64,000 nucleotides of DNA from Pseudomonadota bacterium (GTDB lineage Bacteria; UBA10199; 2-02-FULL-44-16; DYJF01): assembly GCA_043823065.1 (NCBI GenBank), contig JBDRBB010000010.1:1-64000 (forward strand), read 5' to 3'. The position numbers were made by a program, and so were the translations under genes. The notes under the pieces are model-generated. The model had not been told where the DNA came from. It searched no databases and saw only the letters and a program-made list of their open reading frames with translations. Shown piece by piece: positions 1 to 10,420 of the stretch (position 1 is the first letter of the stretch; every line of letters begins with the position of its first letter).

Positions 1-38
1 TGCTTGTCATCTAGGTTTAATAAAGTTAATATAGTAAG

Positions 39-569
39 ATGATTAGACAAATTACCATTTTAGTCGCAGCTATCATGTTCTGTTTTTATTTTGGCAACTG
101 TTCTCTTAAAGGAAGAGAAACAGTTGGGGTAACCACTTATAAGCATAATAAAGTTTTTCTGAAAGGTGGTGGCCATTATTTAGTTGGTCAATTGCCAGAT
201 GGTTGGCAACGCATTAAGGTAAGCGACCAATTAATAACGTTTTATAATAAAGAATATGATGCTTCCATCACTACTGATGCTTTTTGTGATGAAAGTTTTG
301 TTGATCGTCCCTTAGAAGTACTGGCTGGAGAATTAGCTTCTGCCTTAAATGATCGCACAACAACTTCCACAGAAACTTTAATGTTAAACAGCCGCCAGGC
401 TTATCGCCAAAAAGTGGCGGGCAAGATGGACGGCGTTCCTGTAAAAATGGATATTGTGGTGGTTAAAAAAAATACATGCAATTTTGATTTTGTCGCAGTT
501 ATGCCACCCCATAATAGCACTCAAGTAACACAAGATTTTGAAACTTTTTTTAATGGATTTCAGTATTAA
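39..569 (+). CDS. Putative lipoprotein, first gene of mla-like operon
   Basis: Hydrophobic N-terminus ending FGNC; 2 bp upstream of mlaE. Confidence 0.6.
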   Translation: MIRQITILVAAIMFCFYFGNCSLKGRETVGVTTYKHNKVFLKGGGHYLVGQLPDGWQRIKVSDQLITFYNKEYDASITTDAFCDESFVDRPLEVLAGELASALNDRTTTSTETLMLNSRQAYRQKVAGKMDGVPVKMDIVVVKKNTCNFDFVAVMPPHNSTQVTQDFETFFNGFQY

Positions 570-571
570 AC

Positions 572-1393
572 ATGAATCAAGAAAATTTAGAAATTGTTGG
601 AAATAATTCTAAATTAACTATAATTATTTCCTCTATCAACAAAAACCTGGCAGATTTTATCTGCCATCTAGGCGGTATAGCCAAACTAGCTGCCAATACT
701 TTTCAGGGAATATTTAAATATCGATTTGAATTCAGAGAATTAACTCGCCAGTTTTCCATGATTGGCAATAAATCCTTAGGCATAGTCCTTTTGATTGCCA
801 TCTTTACCGGCATGGTCATAGCTCTGCAATTATCCATTGGTTTAGGGCGTTACGGCCTAAAGCAAAATGTTGGGCAAATCGTTGGCATAGCCATTTTTAG
901 AGAATTAGGGCCAGTGCTAACCTGCATTATGGTTGCGGCCAGAGTTGGCAGCGCTATTGCTGCGGAACTTGGTTCTATGGTTGTTACTGAACAGGTTTTA
1001 GCTATTGAAGCAATGGGAGCCAATCCTGTACAAAAATTGGTTATTCCCAGGGTGCTGGCCACAACTATAGCTTGCCCTTTGCTTACTATAGTTGCTGATC
1101 TTATCGGCAGTTTTGGCGGAATGATTATCACTGTCCGAGAAGCCGGGGTATCGAACCACTTCTATATTGAACAGATCAAATCAACAGTCTTAACAGAAGA
1201 TTTTATCAGTGGAGTTTCCAAAGCGCTTTTTTTTGGCTTTTTTATCTCAATTATTTCTTGTTATGAAGGATTAAAAACCTATGGCGGCACTGAAGGTGTT
1301 GGTCAAGCCACAACCCATGCTGTAGTTTATTCTTCAATTGTTATTTTTATTTCCGACTTCTTTTTAACTAAATTATTGGTGTATATTCAATAA
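572..1393 (+). CDS. mlaE: MlaE-family ABC transporter permease
   Basis: RELGPVLT, GSAIAAELGSM..TEQ, GGTEGVGQATT motifs. Confidence 0.93.
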   Translation: MNQENLEIVGNNSKLTIIISSINKNLADFICHLGGIAKLAANTFQGIFKYRFEFRELTRQFSMIGNKSLGIVLLIAIFTGMVIALQLSIGLGRYGLKQNVGQIVGIAIFRELGPVLTCIMVAARVGSAIAAELGSMVVTEQVLAIEAMGANPVQKLVIPRVLATTIACPLLTIVADLIGSFGGMIITVREAGVSNHFYIEQIKSTVLTEDFISGVSKALFFGFFISIISCYEGLKTYGGTEGVGQATTHAVVYSSIVIFISDFFLTKLLVYIQ

Positions 1394-1396
1394 ATT

Positions 1397-2143
1397 ATGG
1401 CTCTGGCAGAATTCAAACAAGTAAGTAAAACTTTTGGCTCCAAAAAGGTTTTGGAAAATGCCAGCCTATCCATTGAAAAAGGTGAAACCTTAACTATCAT
1501 TGGCGGCAGCGGCATTGGCAAAACTGTTTTTTTAAAACTATTATTAGGCTTATTAAAGCCTGACCAGGGGGAAATCCTTTTTCATAATCAAAACATCGGC
1601 GATATGGAGGAAAAAGATATAATAAAAATGCGCAGCCGAATTGGCATGCTTTTTCAAAGCGCAGCGCTTTTTGATTCTTTAAGCGTTGCTGAAAACATAG
1701 CTTATCCTTTACGCGAACATTTTAATTATAATGAAGAAGAGATTGAAACAATTGTGCGGAAAAAACTAGATTTGGTTGGTTTGCAAGATGTGGAAAATTT
1801 AATGCCTGCTGAATTATCTGGCGGCATGAAAAAAAGAGTTGGCCTGGCCAGAGCTATTGCCACAGATCCAGACATCATTCTTTATGATGAGCCAACCACT
1901 GGACTAGATCCAGCTAATACGCGTCGTATCTGCAACCTTATTTTGGAATTGCAACAAAAACTAGAAGTAACATCCTTGGTAGTGACACATGATATGGAAA
2001 GCGCTTTTCGGGTTACTAATCGCATTGCTTTAATTTCCAATCATAAATTTGCTTTCATAGGCACTAAACAAGAAGCACAAAATTCTCAGGATCCATTAGT
2101 AAAAAATTTTATTAATGGTAATATGGAGACCGGGGAAAGCTAA
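1397..2143 (+). CDS. mlaF: MlaF-family ABC ATP-binding protein
   Basis: Walker A GGSGIGKT, FQSAALFDSL, LSGGMKKRVGLARA, YDEPTTGLDP. Confidence 0.92.
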   Translation: MALAEFKQVSKTFGSKKVLENASLSIEKGETLTIIGGSGIGKTVFLKLLLGLLKPDQGEILFHNQNIGDMEEKDIIKMRSRIGMLFQSAALFDSLSVAENIAYPLREHFNYNEEEIETIVRKKLDLVGLQDVENLMPAELSGGMKKRVGLARAIATDPDIILYDEPTTGLDPANTRRICNLILELQQKLEVTSLVVTHDMESAFRVTNRIALISNHKFAFIGTKQEAQNSQDPLVKNFINGNMETGES

Positions 2144-2160
2144 GCACATTTGGAGGAGAT

Positions 2161-3087
2161 ATGCGTTCCAAAATATTCACAGAGCTTAGAGTGGGGTTAT
2201 TTGTTTTTATCACCCTGCTTTTAGGTATGATCACTTTATTTCAGCTTGGCAGCGGATATAAACTCTTTCGCAAAGATTACAGTTTATATACCAATTTTGA
2301 AGATATCTCTGGTTTGCGCCCAGGCGCCCCAGTTCAATTAGCCGGTTTAGACGTTGGCATTGTAGATAGCATCCGTTTTCCCAAAGATCTGCTTGTTAAA
2401 AAAATCACCTTGGTTTTGCGCATTAACCAAAGCTATCAAGATCGCATCCGCGCTGATTCTGTTGCTACCATCAACACCCAAGGTCTTTTAGGAGATAAAT
2501 ACGTATATATAAGCGTGGGCAACCAAGACCAGCCTATCTTAAAAAATAATGAAAAACTTCTTTCCCGAGAAACTGCTTCCTTATTTTCTTTAGCAGACAA
2601 AGCCGGCACTATTATGGATAATATTAGCGAGGCTTCAGAAACTATTAATGATTTATTTAAGAGCATTGGCGGCAAAGATGAAAACAATCTGCGCGATGCC
2701 ATTAAATCTTTGCGCAACACCCTAAACCAAATTGAAAAAGGCCAAGGCTTGGTGCATGCCCTTATTTTTGATCCCAAAGGAGAAAAAGTTGTTGGCGATT
2801 TAGCTGCTACCTTGGATTCTCTAAAAGAAATAACCACTGGCATTAGCGACGATAGTAAAAAACAAACTTCCGGTCTTATCAAAAACTTAAGAACAGCTTC
2901 TGCTGACCTAAAAGATATTTTAGGTTCAATTCGCAGAGGAGAAGGAACTCTGGGTCTTTTAGTCAGAGATCCTGCTTTATATAATGATTTGCGCGCCCTT
3001 TTTGGCCGGGCCAATCGCAATGCTTTAATAAAATCTGTGGTACGCTCAACCTTAAAAAAGAATGAAGCGCAAACCTTGACTCAATAA
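2161..3087 (+). CDS. mlaD: MCE/MlaD family protein with helical extension
   Basis: N-terminal [18 protein letters not shown] and [13 protein letters not shown] motifs. Confidence 0.88.
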   Translation: MRSKIFTELRVGLFVFITLLLGMITLFQLGSGYKLFRKDYSLYTNFEDISGLRPGAPVQLAGLDVGIVDSIRFPKDLLVKKITLVLRINQSYQDRIRADSVATINTQGLLGDKYVYISVGNQDQPILKNNEKLLSRETASLFSLADKAGTIMDNISEASETINDLFKSIGGKDENNLRDAIKSLRNTLNQIEKGQGLVHALIFDPKGEKVVGDLAATLDSLKEITTGISDDSKKQTSGLIKNLRTASADLKDILGSIRRGEGTLGLLVRDPALYNDLRALFGRANRNALIKSVVRSTLKKNEAQTLTQ

Positions 3088-3097
3088 AGGAGGCCAT

Positions 3098-5203
3098 ATG
3101 CCAACTGATTCTAAATCCAAGGCAACCAAATCCAGGCATCATCTTTTAAATACCATAAAAAATCTACATGAGGCTGAAGTTTATAAAGATTTGACCTGGG
3201 AAGGATCTTTTTCAGATTATTTGCATCTGGTTGAGGAAAATCCTCAAGTAGCACGCACAGCTTTTCAGCGTGTTTACGACATGATTTTGTCGCATGGATT
3301 TGAAGAATATACTGAATATAAAAAGAAAATAACCCATTATCGCTTTTTTGAAGATCCATTTGACAATGGCAAAGACGCGCTTTACGGCATTGATCTGCCT
3401 TTAATGAAACTGGTAAATGCCTTTCATTCAGCAGCTATGCGTTATGGCACTGAAAAAAGAATTTTGCTGCTGCATGGCCCGGTAGGTGGAGCTAAATCAA
3501 CCATTGTCCGTTTAATTAAAAAAGGGCTGGAGCGCTACACCAAATCTCCTGAAGGCGCGCTATATACTTTTTCCTGGGAAAAAAATAATCTAAAAGATAC
3601 TCGAAACGTTTTTGGGCCAGCAGAAGTTATCCCCTGCCCCATGCATGAAGAGCCATTAAAGCTTGTGCCTATTGAATTGCGCGATCAAATGTTAGCAGCG
3701 ATAAATGAAGGACTTCCTGAAGAAAGCCGCATTTATTTGGAAGGCGATCTTTGTCCAAATTGCCGCTATATTTTTCGCGAACTCTTAAATGTTTATAAAG
3801 GCGATTGGACCAAAGTTGTTGAGCATATTCGCGTGCGGCGCATTCATCTTTCGGAAAAAGACCGCATTGGCATTGGCACCTTTCAGCCTAAAGATGAAAA
3901 AAACCAAGATTCCACTGAGCTTACTGGTGATATTAACTATCGCAAAATTGCTGAATATGGGTCAGACAGTGATCCGCGCGCTTTTAATTTTGACGGTGAA
4001 TTCAACATTGCCAACCGGGGAATTATTGAATTTATAGAAGTGTTAAAATTAGATGTGGCTTTTCTTTATGACTTGCTTGGCGCTTCCCAAGAACACAAGG
4101 TTAAACCCAAAAAATTTGCCCAAACCGATATTGATGAAGTTATCATTGGTCACACCAATGAAGCAGAATATAAAAAACTGCTGAATAATGAATATATGGA
4201 GGCCTTAAGAGACCGCACGGTAAAAACCGATGTCCCTTACATCACTAAATTACACGAAGAAGTTAAGGTTTATGAAAAAGATTATCGGGCAGAAAAAGTG
4301 CGTGGTCGCCACATTGCTCCGCACACTTTGGAAACAGCTTCTATGTGGGCTATCTTAACTCGCCTGGAAGAGCCTAAAAAAGCCAACTTAACCTTGCTCC
4401 AAAAACTTAAACTTTATGATGGTCGATCTTTGCCTGGCTTTACTGAAGACAATGTCAAAGAACTGCGCAAAGAAGCAATTAGAGAAGGTTTGGAAGGAAT
4501 TTCACCTCGCTATATCCAGGATAAAATTTCCAATGCCCTAGTCTCAGATGTTGGCGGAGGTTGTGTTAATCCATTTATGGTCATGAATGAACTGGAAGCT
4601 GGGCTGCGCCATCATTCATTAATTAAAAGTGAAGATCAAAAAAAGAGATACAAAGAATTATTAACCATTGTTCGTGAAGAATATGAAGATATTGTAAAAA
4701 ATGAAGTGCAGCGCGCCATTTCTGCTGATGAAGAAGCCATTTCCAGATTATGCGCCAATTATATTGATAATCTCAAGGCCTATACCCAAAGAGAAAAGGT
4801 TAGAAATCGTTATACTGGCCAAGATGAAGAACCAGATGAAAGATTAATGCGTTCTATTGAAGAAAAGATCGATATTCCAGAAAGCCGCAAAGACGATTTT
4901 AGACGTGAAATCATGAACTACATTGGCGCTTTGGCCTTGGAAGGTAAAAGTTTTGATTTTAAAACTAATGAGCGCTTGCACCGAGCCTTGGAAATGAAAC
5001 TTTTTGAAGATCAAAAAGATTCCATCAAACTAACATCCTTAGTGTCAGCTGTTGTTGATAAAAACACTCAAGAAAAAATTGATGTAGTAAAAAGTAGGCT
5101 GATCAAAAACCATGGCTATTGTGATACTTGCGCTACAGATGTGCTAAACTTTGTAGCTTCTATTTTTGCTCGCGGCGAAGTTCGAGGTCAAGGAGGCTCA
5201 TAA
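3098..5203 (+). CDS. prkA: PrkA/YeaG AAA serine protein kinase
   Basis: [39 protein letters not shown]; followed by yeaH and spoVR. Confidence 0.93.
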   Translation: MPTDSKSKATKSRHHLLNTIKNLHEAEVYKDLTWEGSFSDYLHLVEENPQVARTAFQRVYDMILSHGFEEYTEYKKKITHYRFFEDPFDNGKDALYGIDLPLMKLVNAFHSAAMRYGTEKRILLLHGPVGGAKSTIVRLIKKGLERYTKSPEGALYTFSWEKNNLKDTRNVFGPAEVIPCPMHEEPLKLVPIELRDQMLAAINEGLPEESRIYLEGDLCPNCRYIFRELLNVYKGDWTKVVEHIRVRRIHLSEKDRIGIGTFQPKDEKNQDSTELTGDINYRKIAEYGSDSDPRAFNFDGEFNIANRGIIEFIEVLKLDVAFLYDLLGASQEHKVKPKKFAQTDIDEVIIGHTNEAEYKKLLNNEYMEALRDRTVKTDVPYITKLHEEVKVYEKDYRAEKVRGRHIAPHTLETASMWAILTRLEEPKKANLTLLQKLKLYDGRSLPGFTEDNVKELRKEAIREGLEGISPRYIQDKISNALVSDVGGGCVNPFMVMNELEAGLRHHSLIKSEDQKKRYKELLTIVREEYEDIVKNEVQRAISADEEAISRLCANYIDNLKAYTQREKVRNRYTGQDEEPDERLMRSIEEKIDIPESRKDDFRREIMNYIGALALEGKSFDFKTNERLHRALEMKLFEDQKDSIKLTSLVSAVVDKNTQEKIDVVKSRLIKNHGYCDTCATDVLNFVASIFARGEVRGQGGS

Positions 5204-5206
5204 ACA

Positions 5207-6310
5207 GTGGGGCAAAAAATTGAACAAGATGTAGCTAGATTTAAGGCGATCATTCAAGGCCGCATTAAAAAAGAGCTGCGTAAATTTATTTCCACTGGGG
5301 AGCTGGTTGGCAAAAAAGGCAAAGATGTAATCAGTATCCCCATTCCTCGTATTGATATCCCTCATTTTGTATATTCCGATAAGCAAGCTGGCGGAGTTGG
5401 TCAAGGAGATGGCAATGTTGGCGAACCTGTTGGCGAAGGTGAAGGCCAAAAATCTCAGGCTGGCAACATGCCTGGCCAACACATTATGGAAGTAGAAGTC
5501 ACTTTTGACGACCTAGCCAGAATATTGGGTGAAGAGTTAGAGCTTCCCAACATCCAACCCAAAGGCCAGGCTGAATTAGAAACTGCCGGCATTAAATACA
5601 AAGGCATTGCCCCAGTTGGGCCAGAGTCTTTGCGTCATTTCAAAAGAACTTATCGCAAGGCTCTTAAACGCCAAATAATGTCTGGCACCTATGACCCTAG
5701 AGCCCCTTTAATTGTGCCTACTCATGAAGATCGTCAATACAAGACTTGGAAAAATATTAAGAAACCTCAAGCTAAAGCCTTAATTATCTATATTTTAGAT
5801 GTTAGTGGATCCATGGGCGCTGAACAAAAAGACATTGTACGTTTAGAATCTTTTTGGATTGATACCTGGATTCGCTCTCAATATCAGGGTCTAGAAGTAA
5901 AATATATTGTTCACGATGCTGTAGCCAGAGAAGTTGACCGGGAAACTTTTTTCCACACCAGAGAAAGTGGTGGCACAATTATTTCTTCTGCTTACAAACT
6001 ATTAATCAAAATACTGCAAGAAGGTTATAATCTGGATGAATGGAATGTTTATCCTTTTCAATTTTCTGATGGAGATAACTGGTCTGGCAATGATACTGAT
6101 GAATGTCTAAAACTTTTGCAAAACAGAATTTTACCCATATCTAACATGTTTTGTTATGGCCAGGTTGAAAGTGAATATGGCAGCGGCCAATTCTTAAAAG
6201 ATTTGGAAGAGCGCTTTCAAGGCAAACATGAAAAACTAATTACTTCTAAAATAGCTAACAAAGACGCAATTATTGACTCAATAAAAACCTTCTTAGGCAA
6301 AGGTAAATAA
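5207..6310 (+). CDS. yeaH: YeaH/YhbH (DUF444) vWA-like protein
   Basis: [31 protein letters not shown]. Confidence 0.9.
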   Translation: MGQKIEQDVARFKAIIQGRIKKELRKFISTGELVGKKGKDVISIPIPRIDIPHFVYSDKQAGGVGQGDGNVGEPVGEGEGQKSQAGNMPGQHIMEVEVTFDDLARILGEELELPNIQPKGQAELETAGIKYKGIAPVGPESLRHFKRTYRKALKRQIMSGTYDPRAPLIVPTHEDRQYKTWKNIKKPQAKALIIYILDVSGSMGAEQKDIVRLESFWIDTWIRSQYQGLEVKYIVHDAVAREVDRETFFHTRESGGTIISSAYKLLIKILQEGYNLDEWNVYPFQFSDGDNWSGNDTDECLKLLQNRILPISNMFCYGQVESEYGSGQFLKDLEERFQGKHEKLITSKIANKDAIIDSIKTFLGKGK

Positions 6311-6316
6311 ATTAAA

Positions 6317-7819
6317 ATGCCACATAGACATGCAAGTATAAGCAAATTTATGACCTCCTTACCTCCTGAATTGCATCAGCTAAAAATGGAGATAGAAGCT
6401 TATGCTCGCGATTTTAATTTAGATTTTTTTGACGTAATTTTTGAAGTTCTAGATTGGAATCAACTCAATGAAATTGCTTCTTATGGCGGATTCCCCAATC
6501 GCTATCCGCACTGGCGATTTGGCATGACCTATGAGGAACTTTCCAAAAGTTATGCTTATGGCTTATCAAAAATTTATGAAATGGTAATCAACACAGATCC
6601 TTGCTATGCATATCTTCTGTACTCTAACAGCATTGTTGATCAAAAACTGGTTATGGCTCATGTTTATGGCCATGCTGATTTTTTTAAAAATAATGTTTTT
6701 TTTCAAGGCACAAATCGCAAGATGATGGATGAAATGGCCAACCATAAATCCCATATCCTGCGTTACATTGATAAATATGGACGAGATTTAGTGGAAAATT
6801 TCATTGATGCCTGTCTTAGTCTAGATTCCTTAATTGATTTTCACGCAGTTGGTTTAATTCCTGAGCCTAAAAAAGATGAACCAGAACCATCCTCAATCAC
6901 CAGGCTTAAAGCTTCCAGGCCTTATATGGAGCGTTACATAAACCCCAAAGAATTTATTCAAGCCCAGCAAGAATGGCTGCAAGAAGGCGCCAAACAAAAC
7001 GAAAAAGTTCCTCCCAAACCGCAAAGAGATATTTTACAATTTTTATTAGAACATGCTCCTTTGGAAAATTGGCAACATGACATACTCTCGATCGTACGTG
7101 AAGAAGCCTACTACTTTGCCCCTCAGGTCCAAACTAAGATCATGAACGAAGGGTGGTCCTGTTTTTGGCATTCAAAAATAATGACGGAAAAAGCCTTAAA
7201 AACAAGCGAGATCATTGATTATGCAGATCATCATTCTGGAACGCTAGCCACAGCACCTGGCAAATTAAATCCTTATAAACTGGGCTTTGAGTTATTTAAA
7301 GATATTGAAGAACGCTGGAACAAAGGCAAGTTTGGTAAAGAATTTGAAGAGTGCGACAGCATGCTGGAAAAAAAGAACTGGGACAGAAAATTAGGCTTGG
7401 GCCAGGAAAAGATATTTGAAGTTAGAAAACTTTATAATGATATTACCTTTATTGATAATTTTTTAACAGATGAATTTTGCCAAAAAAATAAATTATTTGT
7501 TTATGCGTTTGATTTAAGTTCAGAAGAATTAAAGGTGGCTAACAAGTCTTTTGATTCAATTAAGCAAAAACTTTTATTTCAACTCACCAATTCTGGCTTC
7601 CCCATGATTGATGTTATTGATGCCAACCATAAAAACCGGGCTGAATTATTGCTAAAGCATACTCATGAAGGCGTTGATCTCAGACAAGATTATGCTTTTG
7701 AAACTTTAAGCTCTTTATATAAGATCTGGAAGAGACCTGTGCATATCAAAACTGTGGTTGATGGAATACCTAAGATACTATCTTTTGACGGCCAAGCTTC
7801 TTCAGAGTCCAGGGTATAA
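6317..7819 (+). CDS. spoVR: SpoVR/YcgB family protein
   Basis: YPHWRFG, KIYEMVIN..PCYAYL, AHVYGHADFFKNN, TKIMNEGW. Confidence 0.92.
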   Translation: MPHRHASISKFMTSLPPELHQLKMEIEAYARDFNLDFFDVIFEVLDWNQLNEIASYGGFPNRYPHWRFGMTYEELSKSYAYGLSKIYEMVINTDPCYAYLLYSNSIVDQKLVMAHVYGHADFFKNNVFFQGTNRKMMDEMANHKSHILRYIDKYGRDLVENFIDACLSLDSLIDFHAVGLIPEPKKDEPEPSSITRLKASRPYMERYINPKEFIQAQQEWLQEGAKQNEKVPPKPQRDILQFLLEHAPLENWQHDILSIVREEAYYFAPQVQTKIMNEGWSCFWHSKIMTEKALKTSEIIDYADHHSGTLATAPGKLNPYKLGFELFKDIEERWNKGKFGKEFEECDSMLEKKNWDRKLGLGQEKIFEVRKLYNDITFIDNFLTDEFCQKNKLFVYAFDLSSEELKVANKSFDSIKQKLLFQLTNSGFPMIDVIDANHKNRAELLLKHTHEGVDLRQDYAFETLSSLYKIWKRPVHIKTVVDGIPKILSFDGQASSESRV

Positions 7820-8495
7820 TAAAAATCAGGATTAAAATAATTGTACTTGTTATACCCAAAAACCATTGTTTGATCCAAAAGCTCATGATGATATTGAAGA
7901 GGGCAATACTGATGTAGAATAAAGGATAAAGAATATTGGTCGTCGGTCGTCGGTCGTCGGTCGTACTTGGCAAAAACATCTTCCAGAAAAGTACGTTAAA
8001 ACCAATAATTGCAAAAGCAACCAAGAACCAGCCTGCAAAGTTAGTTAATGGCACACCAAAATACCAACCAGGATGAGCATAATAGTGAATTTTGCCTAAG
8101 AACCAAAGTTCGCCCATGGTGGCCACTGGATCAATAATCACATCCAGCAGCATAGTTAAAAATGCCCCTAGCAAAACTGTTTTAAAACTATTTTCCTTTT
8201 TTAGAAAAAAACTTGCAGTTGTAAAACCTGCAAAACAGAGAAAAGCATAAGACAGAGAATCAAAAAACGGCACGCCAAAAAATAATAACTCTCCTCTCAG
8301 GTTTTCATAAACATAATAATACTGACCATAAGGAAAACCGTTATGAATAGAAGATACTTCAGAAGCCCAAGCCAGCAGATAACCGGAAACCAGCCAGATT
8401 AGTCCTTTAGCAACTCCCCATCTGCGAATTGAAAGAAAAAGAAAAGCGATTAAAAAAAGAATTACATATGGCCTGATCAGAAATAGGTTAATCAT
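7770..8495 (-). CDS. CruF-like (DUF422) carotenoid-biosynthesis-family membrane protein
   Basis: GFPYGQYYY, FFGVPF, DVIIDP, YFGVPLTNFAGW motifs; multiple TMs. Confidence 0.7.
   Translation of the reverse strand: MINLFLIRPYVILFLIAFLFLSIRRWGVAKGLIWLVSGYLLAWASEVSSIHNGFPYGQYYYVYENLRGELLFFGVPFFDSLSYAFLCFAGFTTASFFLKKENSFKTVLLGAFLTMLLDVIIDPVATMGELWFLGKIHYYAHPGWYFGVPLTNFAGWFLVAFAIIGFNVLFWKMFLPSTTDDRRPTTNILYPLFYISIALFNIIMSFWIKQWFLGITSTIILILIFIIPWTLKKLGRQKIVS
7938..7964. repeat. Heptamer tandem repeat (GGTCGTC)x~4 inside CDS
   Basis: ggtcgtc ggtcgtc ggtcgtc ggtcgt; encodes TTDDRRPTT on the minus strand. Confidence 0.85.
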
Positions 8496-9453
8496 CTTCT
8501 TTTAACACTTCTAACAAAATATCCACAATTTGAGGATCCCATTGACCACTACTTTTTTCATTTTCGCAAATTTTCAAAGCTTGTTCCTTGGTCATACCTT
8601 TTCGATATGGCCTGTCTGTGGTCATGGCATCAAAAGAATCAGCAACTGCAGTAATACGCGCTAGCAAGGGGATATCCTCTCCTCTTAATCCATCTGGATA
8701 ACCTTGCCCATCAAGGCGTTCATGATGCGAACGGATAATCGGCAAACATTCTTCAATTGAGCGCAAAGGCGAGCAAATATCAAATCCTCGCTTAGGATGA
8801 GATTTGATATGAGCCATTTCTTCATCAGTTAATTTGCCTGGTTTAAGCAAAATAGTTTCCTTAACTCCAATTTTTCCAATATCATGCAAAAGAGAACCCT
8901 TACGAATTGCCTCTAATTGCCGCTCAGAAAGCCCTAATCTTTTAGCTATTTTCAAAGCTAATTCTCCTACCCGTTCTGAATGGCCACGCGTGTAAAAATC
9001 TTTGGCTTCCAAAGCTTGCGCCAAAGAAAATAAAATACTTTCGCTAGTATCTAAATCATCATGCAAAGATTTAACGTGCAATAAAGATTTAATCCGCGTG
9101 GTTAGCTCTAAACGATTAATCGGTTTAATCAAAAAATCATCTGCTCCCAGTTCAATGGCTTTAAGTTTATCATCCAGTTCCTGTAAAGCTGTGATCACAA
9201 TAATTGGAATAAATTGGGTATTTTTATTTCGCTTAATAGCCTTGCATACCTCAAAACCAGAAACCTTGGGCATCATTAGATCTAGTAAAATTAAATCTGG
9301 ATTGGTTTTGTTTACCTTATCTAAAGCATCTTCTCCATCAAAAGCTGTTTCTAAATCATAGGGATATGGTTTTAGCTGGGTACGCAACAGTTCCACATTT
9401 ACCCGGTTATCATCAACTATTAGTATTTTCGGGCGTTTATCCATAGCTCGCAT
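8488..9453 (-). CDS. Response regulator with HD-GYP c-di-GMP phosphodiesterase domain
   Basis: REC (ILIVDD, LLDLMMP) plus LHDIGKIG, HHERLDGQGYP. Confidence 0.92.
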   Translation of the reverse strand: MRAMDKRPKILIVDDNRVNVELLRTQLKPYPYDLETAFDGEDALDKVNKTNPDLILLDLMMPKVSGFEVCKAIKRNKNTQFIPIIVITALQELDDKLKAIELGADDFLIKPINRLELTTRIKSLLHVKSLHDDLDTSESILFSLAQALEAKDFYTRGHSERVGELALKIAKRLGLSERQLEAIRKGSLLHDIGKIGVKETILLKPGKLTDEEMAHIKSHPKRGFDICSPLRSIEECLPIIRSHHERLDGQGYPDGLRGEDIPLLARITAVADSFDAMTTDRPYRKGMTKEQALKICENEKSSGQWDPQIVDILLEVLKEDD

Positions 9454-9498
9454 AATAGCAAACCCTCTCTATAGTGTCTATAAACAGTTTTAATTGAA

Positions 9499-9610
9499 TT
9501 TGAGACAGCTCTCGGCCAGGTCTTCTCACCTCCTTCACTCTATTACGAAACTATTAGCAACTTAAGAGTTGTCAGTCCGGATTCGAAGACCTGCCCTACG
9601 CTGTCTCAAA
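9499..9610 (-). repeat. Structured intergenic element family A, copy 1
   Basis: Closing stem tttgagacagc/gctgtctcaaa; core ctcacctcc...ttacgaaactatt shared with 46336, 54054, 60347. Confidence 0.85.
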
Positions 9611-9738
9611 ATAACGTAATAATAGAAACTTTTCAAAACCTAATGCCAAAAATACGGCTAAATTTAATGTTGACCTAGGCTATCTATACGCATTATTACA
9701 TGTATTGTACTTGAAAATAATAATGGGGGAGGGGATAT

Positions 9739-10053
9739 ATGTTTAAGCTTATTAAATGGATTTTAATTTTAATTATTTTGGCCATAATTGTGGCTGCTGT
9801 AACTGGTTATAAAATCAAAGGAAAAACCGTTACAGATCATTTCCGACAAATTGTTGGCGCCCAAACTTTTGATGAAGGACTTAAAGATATTCGTTCCTTA
9901 GCTGGAGAAGCCATTAAAGCAGCTGGCGATGCAATTTCCCCAAATGCCAATGAAGCAACTGAAGATGAAAAAAAACAATTGGAAAATATTATCAAAGGTG
10001 AGCTAAAGCAAGAAGCACCTACTCATAAACAACTACCAGATCAAACGCAGTAA
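9739..10053 (+). CDS. Hypothetical membrane-anchored protein
   Basis: SD GGAGG, N-terminal TM. Confidence 0.65.
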   Translation: MFKLIKWILILIILAIIVAAVTGYKIKGKTVTDHFRQIVGAQTFDEGLKDIRSLAGEAIKAAGDAISPNANEATEDEKKQLENIIKGELKQEAPTHKQLPDQTQ

Positions 10054-10064
10054 GGAGGAAAGAA

Positions 10065-10331
10065 ATGGAAGGCAAAAATTGTCAAATGCAAGGTTGTAAG
10101 AGACCATATCGCGCTAAAGGTTATTGCAATGTACATTACAAAAAATGGCGTCGCGGTGAATTAGAAGCCAAACCGCGTTATAAAACCTGCGGAGAGGAAA
10201 ATTGTCGCAAACCCTTGCACAAAAAAGGCTATTGCGAACAACATTATAGTGCTTGGTCAGCTTCTAGAAAAAGACAGCAAGCCCCTGTAGAAGCACCAGC
10301 AGCTGTGGAAAAACCTGCTGAAGAGAAATAA
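10065..10331 (+). CDS. Small tandem Cys/His protein (myxobacterial 'vegetative protein'-like)
   Basis: Two repeats of C-x4-C-x-x-P-x4-GYC-x2-HY; SD AAGGAGG. Confidence 0.65.
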   Translation: MEGKNCQMQGCKRPYRAKGYCNVHYKKWRRGELEAKPRYKTCGEENCRKPLHKKGYCEQHYSAWSASRKRQQAPVEAPAAVEKPAEEK

Positions 10332-10336
10332 TCTAT

Positions 10337-10414
10337 TTGTCATTCTGAGCGTAAGCGAAGAATCCCTATAAAATCTATCCCCATGGGATCCTTCGCCTGC
10401 GCTCAGGATGACAA
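10337..10414. repeat. REP-like palindrome (GTCATTCTGAGCG...CGCTCAGGATGAC)
   Basis: Imperfect inverted repeat bounded by TGTCAT/ATGACA. Confidence 0.8.
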
Positions 10415-10420
10415 TTTTAA

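Noticed and set aside
2436..3020. Long antisense or overlapping ORFs (e.g. 2436..3020, 40843..41418, 14540..14938, 50027..50410)
   Set aside because: Shadow frames of well-supported genes with no recognisable motifs
9524..9536. TCACCTCCTT as a 16S rRNA 3'-end fragment
   Set aside because: Only about 10 nt match and no flanking rRNA sequence; treated as part of family A
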